DNA of 64,000 nucleotides from a virus, in the UHGV virus genome UHGV-1366990; one strand, 5' to 3'. The notes under the pieces are model-generated. The model searched no databases and was not told where the DNA came from. It saw only the letters and a program-made list of their open reading frames with translations. Position numbers and translations under genes: made by a program. Below, in pieces: positions 26,399 through 37,000 of this stretch; positions within the stretch are counted from its first letter, which is position 1; each line of letters starts with the position of its first letter.

Positions 26399-28480
26399 AT
26401 GAGAACTCAATTTGATCAGGGTGGCGGTTCTACCGGGATCCTCACCAACAAAATGGCGATTGCTCGCCAGTTCGGCGTCAAACAGTCTGAAGTCATCTAT
26501 TTCTCTGCTGGAGTTGATTTATATGGGTACAAGGTCATCTACGACAAAACCACGCAGAGAGCTTACTCCTTACCTTCTGACATTACTGCTGGTACTACTG
26601 CCGTCAGTCTTAGTGTGGCTGCTGTACTCGTCCATTCAAAAGGCTCTGTAGACCTGGGGGCATTGGCCGTAACCCGTGGGGAATTTGTGACAGTTCCTGG
26701 TTCGTTTGCTCTGGGTGCGACGATCAATGTGAAGAACGAACTCCTCGAACGCAACGGTGTTCTCTATTATTGGGGAGGAGCGTTACCGAAGGTTGTTGCT
26801 CCTGGTTCCACTCCGGAAAGTGCGGGTGGTGTCGGGTCGGGCAAGTGGGTGGGTGTCGGGGATGCATCATTAAGGCAGCAGTTAGAGAGTGTCGCCATTT
26901 ATGACAAAGATTACCCAACTATTGCTGAGGCTTTCGGTCGTGCATATTACCTAGGGGCTGCTCTGGTTCTTACTTCGTCTAGAACCATCCGCATTCCAAG
27001 TGATGCACCTAGCCTGCAGTCGGTAGTCGATATCTGCGCAAGAATTAAATCTGACGTTTATCTTACTATTATTCTTGATGCTGGTTTTATCTTTACCGAG
27101 GAAACTTTAGTTGAAAAGCGTGATTGCTCATGGATGACTATTCAGTCAGATGATTCAGTGGTTAAGGTGTCTCCATCATTCTCTGGCATTAACTTAATTC
27201 ATGTTGTTAATTCGTTTGGACCCATCTGGGATATTCTTGCTGATATGGCGGGATCATCAGCAGGTAATGGCATTTATGTAAGACGAAACTCCGACATTGA
27301 AGTGCGCCCGGGAAAGGGAGTTATAAATGCCGTTAACACAGCAGTGGTATCTCTTCCATGCGGTATAGCTATTGTGGAAAGCTCCCGAGGGCATATTCCT
27401 TCCTCAAATTTTTCAGGAAATTACCGAAACCTTTGGGTATCGAAGTCCTCTCAGTGTAATGCGGAGGGGGGTAATTTTGATAATGCAACTGGGGACTTTG
27501 CAACCTATATTGTGCGAAACTCGCTGTGTCATCTCTCTTTGGCTACGGTAAACAACGCCGCACATAATGCTGTCTATGCAAACAACAGTCGCATTACCTT
27601 CCTGGAAGGGGAGGCAATTAATGCTGATACTGCACTTTATGCTGAATTTGCAGGTGTAATTTATACAAGGCCGCGTGATGGCAACATAACCAATATCTCA
27701 GGCTCTCGAATCAATGCAATTTCCGCCTCTAATGGTGGTGTTATTATTGCTGAGGGAATGACAATCTCTACAGCTTCTGGGTTTGGAATTACTGCCCGCG
27801 ACGGTGGGAAGGTCAGTGCGGTAGGGACGTCTGTTTTAGCTACCGGCACGGCGCTGAATGTTTATAACGAAGGGGAGGTAAATATAGCGGGGGATGGTAA
27901 CGTGATTTCCTCTTCTTCTACCGGGGTTAATGTAGTCAAGGCATACCAGGGAGGGAGAATTAACCTTGACGGAGCCGTAGTGACAGGTGGAACTAATGGC
28001 TTGCTCGCCGAGTCTGGTGGAACAATCCACGCGCGAGGTGTTAATATGTCTGGGCAGGCAGCAAACACAATACAAGCAACTGGTGGATACGTTAACGCTG
28101 ATAATTCCGTGCTTTCAAAATCTTCCTTTAATGTCGATGTTGTTTATGCTCGTCGCGGAGGCATTATTGATGCCAACTTTTCAACAATCACCGGAGGGAG
28201 AATCGGGGTGCATGCAGACGTTGGTGGAAGAGTATGTGTAAATAATTCCACTATTAATGGTGCATCAACTGGTGGTGTGCGGGCTACTGGCGGTGAGGTA
28301 TACGCGCAGTCAGCAATAATTCAAAACAACACCGGTAAGGATCTGACAGTTCTATCAGGGGGAGCACTACGCGCAGGCGGTGTAACGACAACTAATTCAT
28401 CTCCAGCCGGAACACCGAACCCCTCAGATGCAAATGCTGCTTTTAATACATTTGCTTCAGTGGGTTTTATTTTTGCATAA
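26399..28480 (+). CDS. tailspike protein 2
   Basis: 693 aa; N-terminal ~150 aa homologous to tailspike 4 N-terminus; beta-helix-like repeats; GAGG RBS. Confidence 0.8.
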   Translation: MRTQFDQGGGSTGILTNKMAIARQFGVKQSEVIYFSAGVDLYGYKVIYDKTTQRAYSLPSDITAGTTAVSLSVAAVLVHSKGSVDLGALAVTRGEFVTVPGSFALGATINVKNELLERNGVLYYWGGALPKVVAPGSTPESAGGVGSGKWVGVGDASLRQQLESVAIYDKDYPTIAEAFGRAYYLGAALVLTSSRTIRIPSDAPSLQSVVDICARIKSDVYLTIILDAGFIFTEETLVEKRDCSWMTIQSDDSVVKVSPSFSGINLIHVVNSFGPIWDILADMAGSSAGNGIYVRRNSDIEVRPGKGVINAVNTAVVSLPCGIAIVESSRGHIPSSNFSGNYRNLWVSKSSQCNAEGGNFDNATGDFATYIVRNSLCHLSLATVNNAAHNAVYANNSRITFLEGEAINADTALYAEFAGVIYTRPRDGNITNISGSRINAISASNGGVIIAEGMTISTASGFGITARDGGKVSAVGTSVLATGTALNVYNEGEVNIAGDGNVISSSSTGVNVVKAYQGGRINLDGAVVTGGTNGLLAESGGTIHARGVNMSGQAANTIQATGGYVNADNSVLSKSSFNVDVVYARRGGIIDANFSTITGGRIGVHADVGGRVCVNNSTINGASTGGVRATGGEVYAQSAIIQNNTGKDLTVLSGGALRAGGVTTTNSSPAGTPNPSDANAAFNTFASVGFIFA

Positions 28481-28494
28481 ATGGAATATTGAAT

Positions 28495-28788
28495 ATGAAA
28501 GATTTATCCCCTTTATCTCATGCAGTTTCAGTTATTACATTGCAGTGTTTATTCGGCATGCTTGCGGGGAAATGGCTTGAAGGAGGCGTAATGGGTTGCA
28601 TGTGGTTTATCGCCCGTGAGCACACCCAGGCTGAGTATCGCTGGCTCGCTCAGTTCGGCGCAGGGAAGCGCGCCAATATGCCGTGGTGGGGAGGGTTCTC
28701 CTGGCGCGCATGGAATGTGCCCAGTCTGCTCGACTGGCTTGTGCCGGTGCTGGCGTGCACTGTCGTTTATTTCGTAGCCACACTTTAA
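28495..28788 (+). CDS. small 3-TM membrane protein, paralog A (conserved AREHTQAEYRW..MPWxGGF..LLDWLVPV)
   Basis: 97 aa from ATG (track start 28489 is TTG); about 60% identical to 31525..31818. Confidence 0.55.
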   Translation: MKDLSPLSHAVSVITLQCLFGMLAGKWLEGGVMGCMWFIAREHTQAEYRWLAQFGAGKRANMPWWGGFSWRAWNVPSLLDWLVPVLACTVVYFVATL

Positions 28789-29040
28789 CTCCTGGCGGGA
28801 TTATTGATAGGTATCACCGCATTGATCTGCACTGCCTTTAAAACTACTGTGTATAAAACAGTAAAAGGAGTGCAGATCATGCCCCGCCGTCACGACATTC
28901 ACGCCGCATTTGTGGCCGCAATACAGCTAAACACAAAGGGCTGCCGATGCTTACGCACAGAAGACTTTATCCGCGAACTGGCAAAGGTCCACTGGTATTT
29001 CAAATAAATGACGAACCTTGATAGGAACAGAAGCCCTTCA

Positions 29041-29080
29041 CTAAATACCCCATATTGGCAAATCCTTTATGGGGTATTTT
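29041..29080 (+). promoter_or_regulatory. late promoter CTAAATACCCC with inverted partner GGGGTATTT
   Basis: cactaaataccccatattggcaaatcctttatggggtattttcatATG. Confidence 0.45.
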
Positions 29081-29083
29081 CAT

Positions 29084-31513
29084 ATGTCCAGACCAGTCGA
29101 AAGCATCTTTGGAGCCGTGGTCACCGCTCCTCACCAGATTCCATACACATACACAGCCGTAGGTGGCGAAACGTCCATCTCTCTCCCCGTATTCCCTGTC
29201 ACAGGCCTGGTCACTATCGGTGGCGGCGTACAAGTCCCACTCGACAACTATGAGATAGAAGGGAACGTCCTTCATCTTGGTGGACCTCTTGAACCGGGCG
29301 ACGTTGTGTACTGTCTGTTTGACAAGGTACTGTCTCCAGAAGGTCAGAACTCTACCACTCGCATCTACAAATTCAAATCAGTGGGTGGAGAAACTTCATT
29401 CACTCCAGACTTCACTTCCTATGGCGTGCAGTCGCTGTACATTGATGGGAAATACCAGACGCCGATTGATGACTACACCTACAACAAAGAGACTGGCGTT
29501 GTCAGCCTGAAGACCGCAATTGTCGGGGCTGGGAAATGGGTTGTGGCTGAACTGTATGTACAACAGAATTACCCGGCGCTGGCAGCTCCTGATGGTGCCG
29601 ATATGATCGGGGTTCCAACAACAGAAACTTCTTTGGGGGAATTGCTTTCATCTGATGATATGGCCATCAAATATGGTTATGTCAACCCAACAATCAGTGA
29701 AAGGCTTGGGCGTGAAGGGGCGAAGGTTGTTTTGGTCGGCGACAGTCTGAGCAGTTTCTTCAACATAGATTCTGTGAACACAGCGTCTATCTTTGAGTCT
29801 TACCTGCGCCGCAAGATCAGAGAATTCAATGGTACGGCGAAGTTCTACAACAGAGCCATCGGTGGCAAGCGTTACTATGACTTGGGTAGAAATGAACCGC
29901 CTCTTGATACTCTGACGAGCGGATACCCTTGGTATACAGACACGTCCAAGCGTTGGATGACTTACTTGGACGATCTTAAACCAGATGTGATCTTCTTAGC
30001 CTTTGGTATGAACGATGGTCCGGGATGGGACGTAGGTAACTTTCAGCAAGATAACTTCTTCAAGATGATGGAAGAACTTAAGTCCATCAGTTCAAGCCCT
30101 GAGTTGGTGTTCTGTACCAATATTCTTCCTTCTACAACACATGTTGATACCGCAGCAGAAGACCAGCAGCAGGGGCGTGATGCGATGGCTGGCTGGACAA
30201 GAAGTTTTGCCAGAAAGGCGGGATATAGCTTCCTTGATCTTCATAGACGTTTCAAATGCTTACGTGATGGTGTAGACCCGTGCATGGCTAGTTATGCCCG
30301 TAAAACCATTCAGAAAGTGGTGTCGCTTCCGTATGTACACACCGCCCAGTGTGATATGTATTCGGCTCGGGTAATTTTGATCGATCCAGCCGTCGCGACC
30401 ACAGGTATTAGATTCCAGTTGTCGAAGTATTCTAACAACTTCATGACCTTGAAATACGATACCACGACATCTCGCTGGATAACGACCGCATATACAGCTT
30501 CTTCGTCTTCCGTTGGCGTCGCTGACCAGAGTTCTATGCCTGGCCCAGCCCCGGCTGAGGGAACAGAGATATACTTCACCATGAACGGTGACGTTGTCGT
30601 AATAACCATCGGCATCAACACATATCCGGTGTTCAGCCGTAATATTGTGCGCTTCGGTGGTAAATTCTTCCCTGAAATCGGCGGAACTGGTGATATTCGG
30701 ATTGACATGATTGAGGGTACGCCCATCCCTGTTAAATCAGAGCTGACGGATTATGATTGCTACAACACCGACGGCGATGGCGGGAATGGCATCAACCACC
30801 CAACAGCCAAAGCGAGTTCCCGAATTTATACTCGCGTTGTTGACGACTGGTTCAGTATGCTTGCTGGGTCTGTGAGTTCCAGAAAGCAGGTGCTGGACAT
30901 TGACTTTGTCAACGGCACTGTTGTGGTGAGAAACCCGTATAGCCCAGAACTATCTTGTGAAGCCAAAATCAGCGCCGCCCTGACTTTTATCAACGGATCA
31001 CTCGCATACCAACGCGACGCTCAGGGACGTGTCATTGGAGCGGTATTTGGGGCTACGAACAGAGCATATGTTGACCAGGCGTTCTTCAATGCTTATGCGG
31101 GGAATTACAGCCAGCTCACATTTGAAGTAGAGTTCGTTGCCCCGGGCGCCCAGGCATACATCTGCACGTTCGGGGAAAACACCACAAGTGACCGAATCAT
31201 GGCTCAGGTCACAAGTGATTTACGCCCAAGAATCACGGCAGCCGTGGCATCACAAGCCAGTGACCTTTTCGGTTCGGCTTCGTTCCCATTTGTTGCTGGC
31301 CGGAAATACGCTTTGAAATTCTCTTTAGATTGTGAGAATTCGGTCGCGCGAATGTGGGGGCAGGACAACTCCGCGCGAGGTAACATCAACGTTACCCCTA
31401 TAACCGCCATATCTCCGGCGACATTATCCAAGCTGAAGTTGGGTTATGCGTCAACTGGAACATTTGGTGTTGATGTCGTGGTTTCAAGAATCAGAGTCTG
31501 GTTCTCCAACTGA
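29084..31513 (+). CDS. tailspike protein 3 with SGNH/GDSL-hydrolase-like motifs (putative glycan esterase)
   Basis: 810 aa; VVLVGDSLSSFFN (GDSL block I) and FLAFGMNDG (GxND block III) in central region. Confidence 0.8.
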   Translation: MSRPVESIFGAVVTAPHQIPYTYTAVGGETSISLPVFPVTGLVTIGGGVQVPLDNYEIEGNVLHLGGPLEPGDVVYCLFDKVLSPEGQNSTTRIYKFKSVGGETSFTPDFTSYGVQSLYIDGKYQTPIDDYTYNKETGVVSLKTAIVGAGKWVVAELYVQQNYPALAAPDGADMIGVPTTETSLGELLSSDDMAIKYGYVNPTISERLGREGAKVVLVGDSLSSFFNIDSVNTASIFESYLRRKIREFNGTAKFYNRAIGGKRYYDLGRNEPPLDTLTSGYPWYTDTSKRWMTYLDDLKPDVIFLAFGMNDGPGWDVGNFQQDNFFKMMEELKSISSSPELVFCTNILPSTTHVDTAAEDQQQGRDAMAGWTRSFARKAGYSFLDLHRRFKCLRDGVDPCMASYARKTIQKVVSLPYVHTAQCDMYSARVILIDPAVATTGIRFQLSKYSNNFMTLKYDTTTSRWITTAYTASSSSVGVADQSSMPGPAPAEGTEIYFTMNGDVVVITIGINTYPVFSRNIVRFGGKFFPEIGGTGDIRIDMIEGTPIPVKSELTDYDCYNTDGDGGNGINHPTAKASSRIYTRVVDDWFSMLAGSVSSRKQVLDIDFVNGTVVVRNPYSPELSCEAKISAALTFINGSLAYQRDAQGRVIGAVFGATNRAYVDQAFFNAYAGNYSQLTFEVEFVAPGAQAYICTFGENTTSDRIMAQVTSDLRPRITAAVASQASDLFGSASFPFVAGRKYALKFSLDCENSVARMWGQDNSARGNINVTPITAISPATLSKLKLGYASTGTFGVDVVVSRIRVWFSN

Positions 31514-31524
31514 CGGAGTCTTTA

Positions 31525-31818
31525 ATGAACATTGACATATCTCCTATTCTTCACGCCCTGGTCGCTACCGCCCTGCAAGCAATTGCGGGGTTACTCTTGG
31601 GGGACTGGGTAATCGGAGCAGTAATGGGCTGCACGTTCTTCGCCGCCCGTGAGCACACTCAGGCTGAATACAGATGGATCTCCCAGTCCGGTAAGGGTAA
31701 GCGATCCAACATGCCTTGGTATGGCGGGTTTGACTACCGGGCGTGGGATATCCCGAGCCTCCTGGACTGGTTGGTTCCTGTAGTTGGATGTACAGCGTTG
31801 TATTTCATAGCAGCATAA
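31525..31818 (+). CDS. small 3-TM membrane protein, paralog B
   Basis: 97 aa; GGAG RBS; same conserved core as 28495..28788. Confidence 0.55.
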   Translation: MNIDISPILHALVATALQAIAGLLLGDWVIGAVMGCTFFAAREHTQAEYRWISQSGKGKRSNMPWYGGFDYRAWDIPSLLDWLVPVVGCTALYFIAA

Positions 31819-31855
31819 GGCATTTGCCTGATTTATAAGAATATCAGAGGTGATT

Positions 31856-33541
31856 ATGAAACAGTTATTCAATCAAGGCGGGCAGGGTTCTACGGGAATC
31901 ATGTCCAACAAACAGGCGATTGCTCGGCGCTTCGGTGTCAAGCAATCAGAGGTCGTATACTTCTCCAGCGGTCAGGCGCTGACCGGGTTTAAGGTTATCT
32001 ACGATAAGCCATCTCAACGTGCCTATGCGCTGCCCTCTAACCTGGGGTCTGTAACTGCCACCACTTTGGTGGACGGCCTGCTCACGCACTCTGGAGGCAC
32101 TGTTGACCTGGGTGCACTGGCGGTACTGCGAGAAGAATTCGTTACTCTGGTGGAGAACTTCACGTCTGGGTTCACTATCCGTGTTAAGAATGAACTGGTG
32201 AGCGACGGTCAGTCTCTGTACCGCTGGGATGGGGCGTTACCAAAGACAGTGAATGCGGGTGGTTCGGTTTCTGCGGATGGGGTTGGCAAGGGTAAATGGG
32301 TTGAAACGAGCACAAGTAATCTCAGTTATTTTCCTAAACCGATAACTTGGGCCGGGTTTGCTGGAGGCGCAGCCTGGGATGGAGTAACTAATGACAGCAT
32401 CCCCTATCAGGCCGCCGCGCAATCTGGGCGAAAGTTTTTAATGCCTTATGGTGTGGGGAACATACCGGATTATTCTGTAGGCTTGTATTCTCCCAACTTC
32501 TCCGTTCTGGGTGAGGCTGAGCAGTTGGGTTCGTTACAAAATCCAGTTGACGATTTTCGACCGTCACACACAGACACAAAATATTCAAAGTATCACGAAA
32601 CGGATCCAGCATCTAATCGGTGGGATTCCTGTTCTATACATACAATTGTTAAATGTCCTCAGGGCGATGCTAATCCAAAAGGAAATGCGGCAGCTGTAAC
32701 TGGGTATGTAAGAGCAATTAGCAGCGAGGGTGGTGATCATGTTGGCGTACATGGTAGAGCAGAAGGTGATACCAGTTACGACTTCGGTACTGGGATGGGG
32801 TTGTGGGGTGGATGGCTGTCAGCCGTTTACAGACCTAATACAGGCTCAGCTGGGAAGCTAATAAAGTCTATTATTGGTTGTGAGATTGACGTGCAAAATG
32901 ATGGACCACATGCACAAAACCCCAATCCGGCTGGTGTTGGTGAGCTGCGTGGTCTCGCGGTAGGGAATACTGGCACCGGCCATCTTAATCAAGGCGTTGA
33001 TGTATTCTCTAGCAATAGCGGTGCGCGTGGAAGGTGGTGGATGGGCGTTCACGTGCGTGCTAATTCCATTGTAGGAAGACATCTGGTATCATCAGAGGAG
33101 GAAGTTGGTAATGCAATGGTGATTGCTGGAGCGGCATCGTCAGGGACGCGTTACGGCGGATTAAAATTTAGTAAATATCCCTACACAGCGGTAGGACAAG
33201 GAGGTCATCTTTCTTATGGAATTGATTTCAGGGAGGCAACAATTCGCTTACAAAACGCGATTGTAATGGGTCCTCAGCACCGGATTACATGGGATCCTGA
33301 CACTGCAAAGGGTGTTGCGGTAGAGACAGAGGGAGGGGATGTAATTACTTTCCGGGGATATAATATAGCCATAAATAACTCCAAAGTTTTGGGGGCTAGA
33401 CAAACTGGTATCTTTAATATGTCGGGGATAGCAGATGGAACCTCATACAATACAGAAACCGTTACACTTGTAAATCTTGCCAGATACCTAAAGAAGGTAA
33501 CTGATGCATTAATATTTCATGGCCTTATTGGCCCAACTTGA
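31856..33541 (+). CDS. tailspike protein 4
   Basis: 562 aa; N-terminus MKQLFNQGGQGSTGIMSNKQAIARRFGVKQSEV parallels tailspike 2; AGAGG RBS. Confidence 0.75.
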   Translation: MKQLFNQGGQGSTGIMSNKQAIARRFGVKQSEVVYFSSGQALTGFKVIYDKPSQRAYALPSNLGSVTATTLVDGLLTHSGGTVDLGALAVLREEFVTLVENFTSGFTIRVKNELVSDGQSLYRWDGALPKTVNAGGSVSADGVGKGKWVETSTSNLSYFPKPITWAGFAGGAAWDGVTNDSIPYQAAAQSGRKFLMPYGVGNIPDYSVGLYSPNFSVLGEAEQLGSLQNPVDDFRPSHTDTKYSKYHETDPASNRWDSCSIHTIVKCPQGDANPKGNAAAVTGYVRAISSEGGDHVGVHGRAEGDTSYDFGTGMGLWGGWLSAVYRPNTGSAGKLIKSIIGCEIDVQNDGPHAQNPNPAGVGELRGLAVGNTGTGHLNQGVDVFSSNSGARGRWWMGVHVRANSIVGRHLVSSEEEVGNAMVIAGAASSGTRYGGLKFSKYPYTAVGQGGHLSYGIDFREATIRLQNAIVMGPQHRITWDPDTAKGVAVETEGGDVITFRGYNIAINNSKVLGARQTGIFNMSGIADGTSYNTETVTLVNLARYLKKVTDALIFHGLIGPT

Positions 33542-33552
33542 TAGAGGTATCT

Positions 33553-33708
33553 ATGAATCAACAAACAATTCGCAACATCATGGAGTTCATGATGCGTGTT
33601 CAGTTAACTGGGCAAGAGGTTCCTGCATTCAACGTTGCAATGAACGCCTTGCAAGCCGAATTAGATAGCCAAGACAAATCCATTACTGAGGTAGAAGATG
33701 GCTCTAAA
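33553..33708 (+). CDS. small ORF (51 aa)
   Basis: Below ORF-track cutoff; AGAGG RBS before ATG; manual coordinates. Confidence 0.3.
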
Positions 33709-33942
33709 AAATGAGAATACTGGTGGGCTATATATCCGAGTAGAACTTCCGCGAGCACATGGTAAGTACCGCGTGCAGTTCGATCTAATTCAGTATGTAG
33801 GCCATCCCATTACTGGAGAAAGGTAGAGGTGGGTCGCGAAACCATGGAATGCGACTACGACCTTGATGGTCCTAACGTGTTCGAGCAATGCTACAATTAC
33901 ACCAAGACCCAAGTCCCGTATCAAACTGTTGACTGTTAACAG

Positions 33943-33970
33943 AATGCCTCCACGGAGGCATTTTTATTTC
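33943..33970 (+). terminator. intrinsic terminator (gcctccacggaggc + tttttattt)
   Basis: Perfect hairpin followed by T-run. Confidence 0.5.
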
Positions 33971-33991
33971 TATCTGCCCACCAGTCGTATA

Positions 33992-33999
33992 CTAAATAT
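33992..33999 (+). promoter_or_regulatory. late-promoter-like motif CTAAATAT
   Basis: 35 nt upstream of ATG 34034; shows the 33863 ORF-track start is not the real start. Confidence 0.4.
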
Positions 34000-34033
34000 C
34001 TCTATAAACGGCACCTTATCGTGGAGCACTAAA

Positions 34034-37000
34034 ATGCAAGAAATGAACCTCAACCGCCGCCCATATTGGGATGACTGGAATCCAGAGAAGCGTTTTTCGC
34101 GCATCCTATTCCGTCCGGCACCTATCAAAGTTCAGACGCGTGAACTGAACCAGATACAGACCATCTTCCAGGATCAACTGGAGAAACTTGGCAACCATCT
34201 GTTCAAAGACGGTTCAATGGTTATCCCCGGCGGTCTAACGATCACCAACACTGCTGTGTCCATGAAGTTCACTCTGGCTGGTGGTAGTGAGTTCACTGAT
34301 CTGGAAGGTATCTCCGAACTCTATGTTCTGGGCAAGGACAACAATGCGAAAGCACGCGTCCTGTCCTTGGAACGTTATCCAGCTGAGCCGGATACAATGT
34401 ATGCCATCTTAGAGATTACTGAAAGTGGTAGTTCAGACGGTTTCGAAGCTGGTGACAATCTATATTTCAACACCTATGACGTGAACGATAACTTCATCCG
34501 TGTCGGCTATGGTGTGGCCGATACTGTTGGCGGTTCGATTGTCGCTCGCATGACAAAGGGTGTTTATTTCGTTCGTGGTATGTTCCTGGATGTTGAACCA
34601 ACCACTTTGATCGTAGACAACGCATCGAACTCTACATCTCACCGCATTGGCTTCAAAGTTACAGAAACAATCGTGACCGAAGCAGAAGATGAAAGTCTGT
34701 TCTCCAATGCTCAGGGTACTCCGAACTCTAAAGCCCCTGGTGCGCATCGCCTGCGCGTCGACCTCGTGTTGTCTCGCTACGGTTATGATGAAGAAGTGGC
34801 CGACTTCGTTGAACTGGCGAAGGTGAAAGACGGTCGTGTTCAGTCCATGGTCACCCAGTCAACGTACAACATCCTCGAAGACGCCATGGCTCAGCGTACC
34901 TATGAGACCAACGGGGATTACAACGTCTCTACTCACCAGATCGACCTACGCGAACATCTGAAACAGAACAACAACGGTGGCGTATACACTCCGGCCGAAG
35001 GTGGCGACGAAAGCAAATTCGTGGCGGTTATGAAGCCAGGCATTTCCTACGTTCGTGGTCGTCGTATCGAAAACCTCGGCGAAGAGCTGGTCATAATTGA
35101 CAAAGCCCGTGACACTGATATCCTGAACAACAACCCTGTGGCTGTTTCGACTGGCAACTATCTGGTGTCCAAGAACTCCAAAGGGGTTCCGGTTGTCTCC
35201 CGCACAATCCGCTACAAGTTCCTGAACGCATCCAGCGATGTGCAGGCCACCGCCCTGCTGATTTCGGCAGAGCGCTCTGGTACTGAATTCCGTCTGTATA
35301 TGCGCGACCTGGTTGTGACTGGGGACATGGGTACGGTGACCAAAGTCGCTTATGAAGAAAGCGGTACAACGATGTTCTCTTGCGAACTGGAGTCCAATCA
35401 GTTCAGCCAGAGTTCAGCAATTGACCTGATCTTCCCTCTGCCTGTATTTGGTGTGAAGACTCTAGCACCTACAGGCACCATCGACATCAACTACACCGTC
35501 CTGCGGTCAAACAAGATCACGTTGAACGCCGCTGGTGCAGGCTCAATCTCTGCTCCTCTGGGTTACAGCTTCAGCCCTGAGTTTTCACTGTACTCCGCAG
35601 CGAAGGCAGATGGCACTGCAGCTCAGTTTGATATCTCTTCGGGACTGTCCCTGGCTGGTACTCCGGTTGGTTCAGCACTACAGATTTCCCTGGGCGCGGG
35701 GTACGCCAACCAGTCTATCAACCTGTTGACATTGATGGTCCGCACCACAGCGACGATCAAGACCAAGACTGTTACCGAAGCCACCGAGACTGTGACGTTT
35801 ACTGCGGCGGCCAGCGCACAACTTGGGAACCATGATGGTTACAAGCTGATCAGCGTGAAGAACGCAAATGGCGCTGATGTCACCTCTAACTTCACTCTGG
35901 ACGGCGGCCAGCGTGATGCTGCATACTACCTTTCTAACCTCATATCGTCCGCTGGAGCCATTTCAGGGACGTTCACAGTGGTGTACCAGTACTTCGCTCA
36001 CAGTTCTGGTGATTTCTTCACAGCGGACTCCTATTCGTCCATCAACTACCCAGACATCCCGAACTATGTTTCATCCAGTTCTGGTACTGTGTATGGGTTG
36101 GCCGACAGTCTGGACTTCCGTCCCAAGATCACCAGCGGAGCGTCTGACACGGACATGGTTCGCCCGAACACCGCGATCATCCTAGATGCAGAGTACTATC
36201 TGCCTCGTATTGATGCTGTGTATCTGGCAGACAACGGTGTGTTCAACGTTGCTCGTGGTGTGAGTTCCAACAACCTGGCTTCCCCTGCGATTCCAGACAA
36301 CGGTATGCGTCTGTATGAATTGATGATCCCACCATACACGGCCAACATTGACGACATCCAGATTCGTACTATCGACAACCGCCGCTACACGATGCGCGAT
36401 ATCGGTAAACTGGAGACCCGTATCTCCAATGTCGAATATTACACCTCACTGTCTCAGCTGGAATCCTCGGCGATGTCACAACAGGTATTCGATCCAATTA
36501 CTGGCAACCCGCGCTTCAAGAACGGTATCGCAGCAGACCCGTTCAAAGACTTCCGTCTGATCGACGATTTGTCTGCAGACTGGGTGGGTTCAATCGACAC
36601 TGACAATGGTCGCCTACGCCCGTTTGTTCAGCAGAACGCGATTGACCTGACGCCAGTCGGTTGGAACAACGTTCAGGATGGCATGGTTGTATGCAACTAC
36701 ACCCGTGAGATCTCTGTCCGCCAGGACTATGCAACCACGACCATCAACGTGAACCCGTATGCAGTATTCAACTGGGAAGGTTTCCTGAAACTGAACCCGA
36801 CTACTGATTACTGGTTTGAGAACTACTATGTTACTCCACGTGTGATCAACGAAACGATCAACACCCGTGGTGCGATCAAAGAAGGTTCTGTGTATGGCAC
36901 ATGGCGTACTGTGTCCGTGTCTGAGCGTGTGTGGGAACCACATGGCGCAGGTGGTGTATGGTGGGGCTATCGCTACCGCACGACTGTGTCCACCCGTGAC

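Noticed and set aside
33863-34033. N-terminal extension of the large virion protein ORF from 33863
   Set aside because: Extension runs through a terminator hairpin (33943-33970) and a late-promoter motif (33992-33999); start moved to ATG 34034
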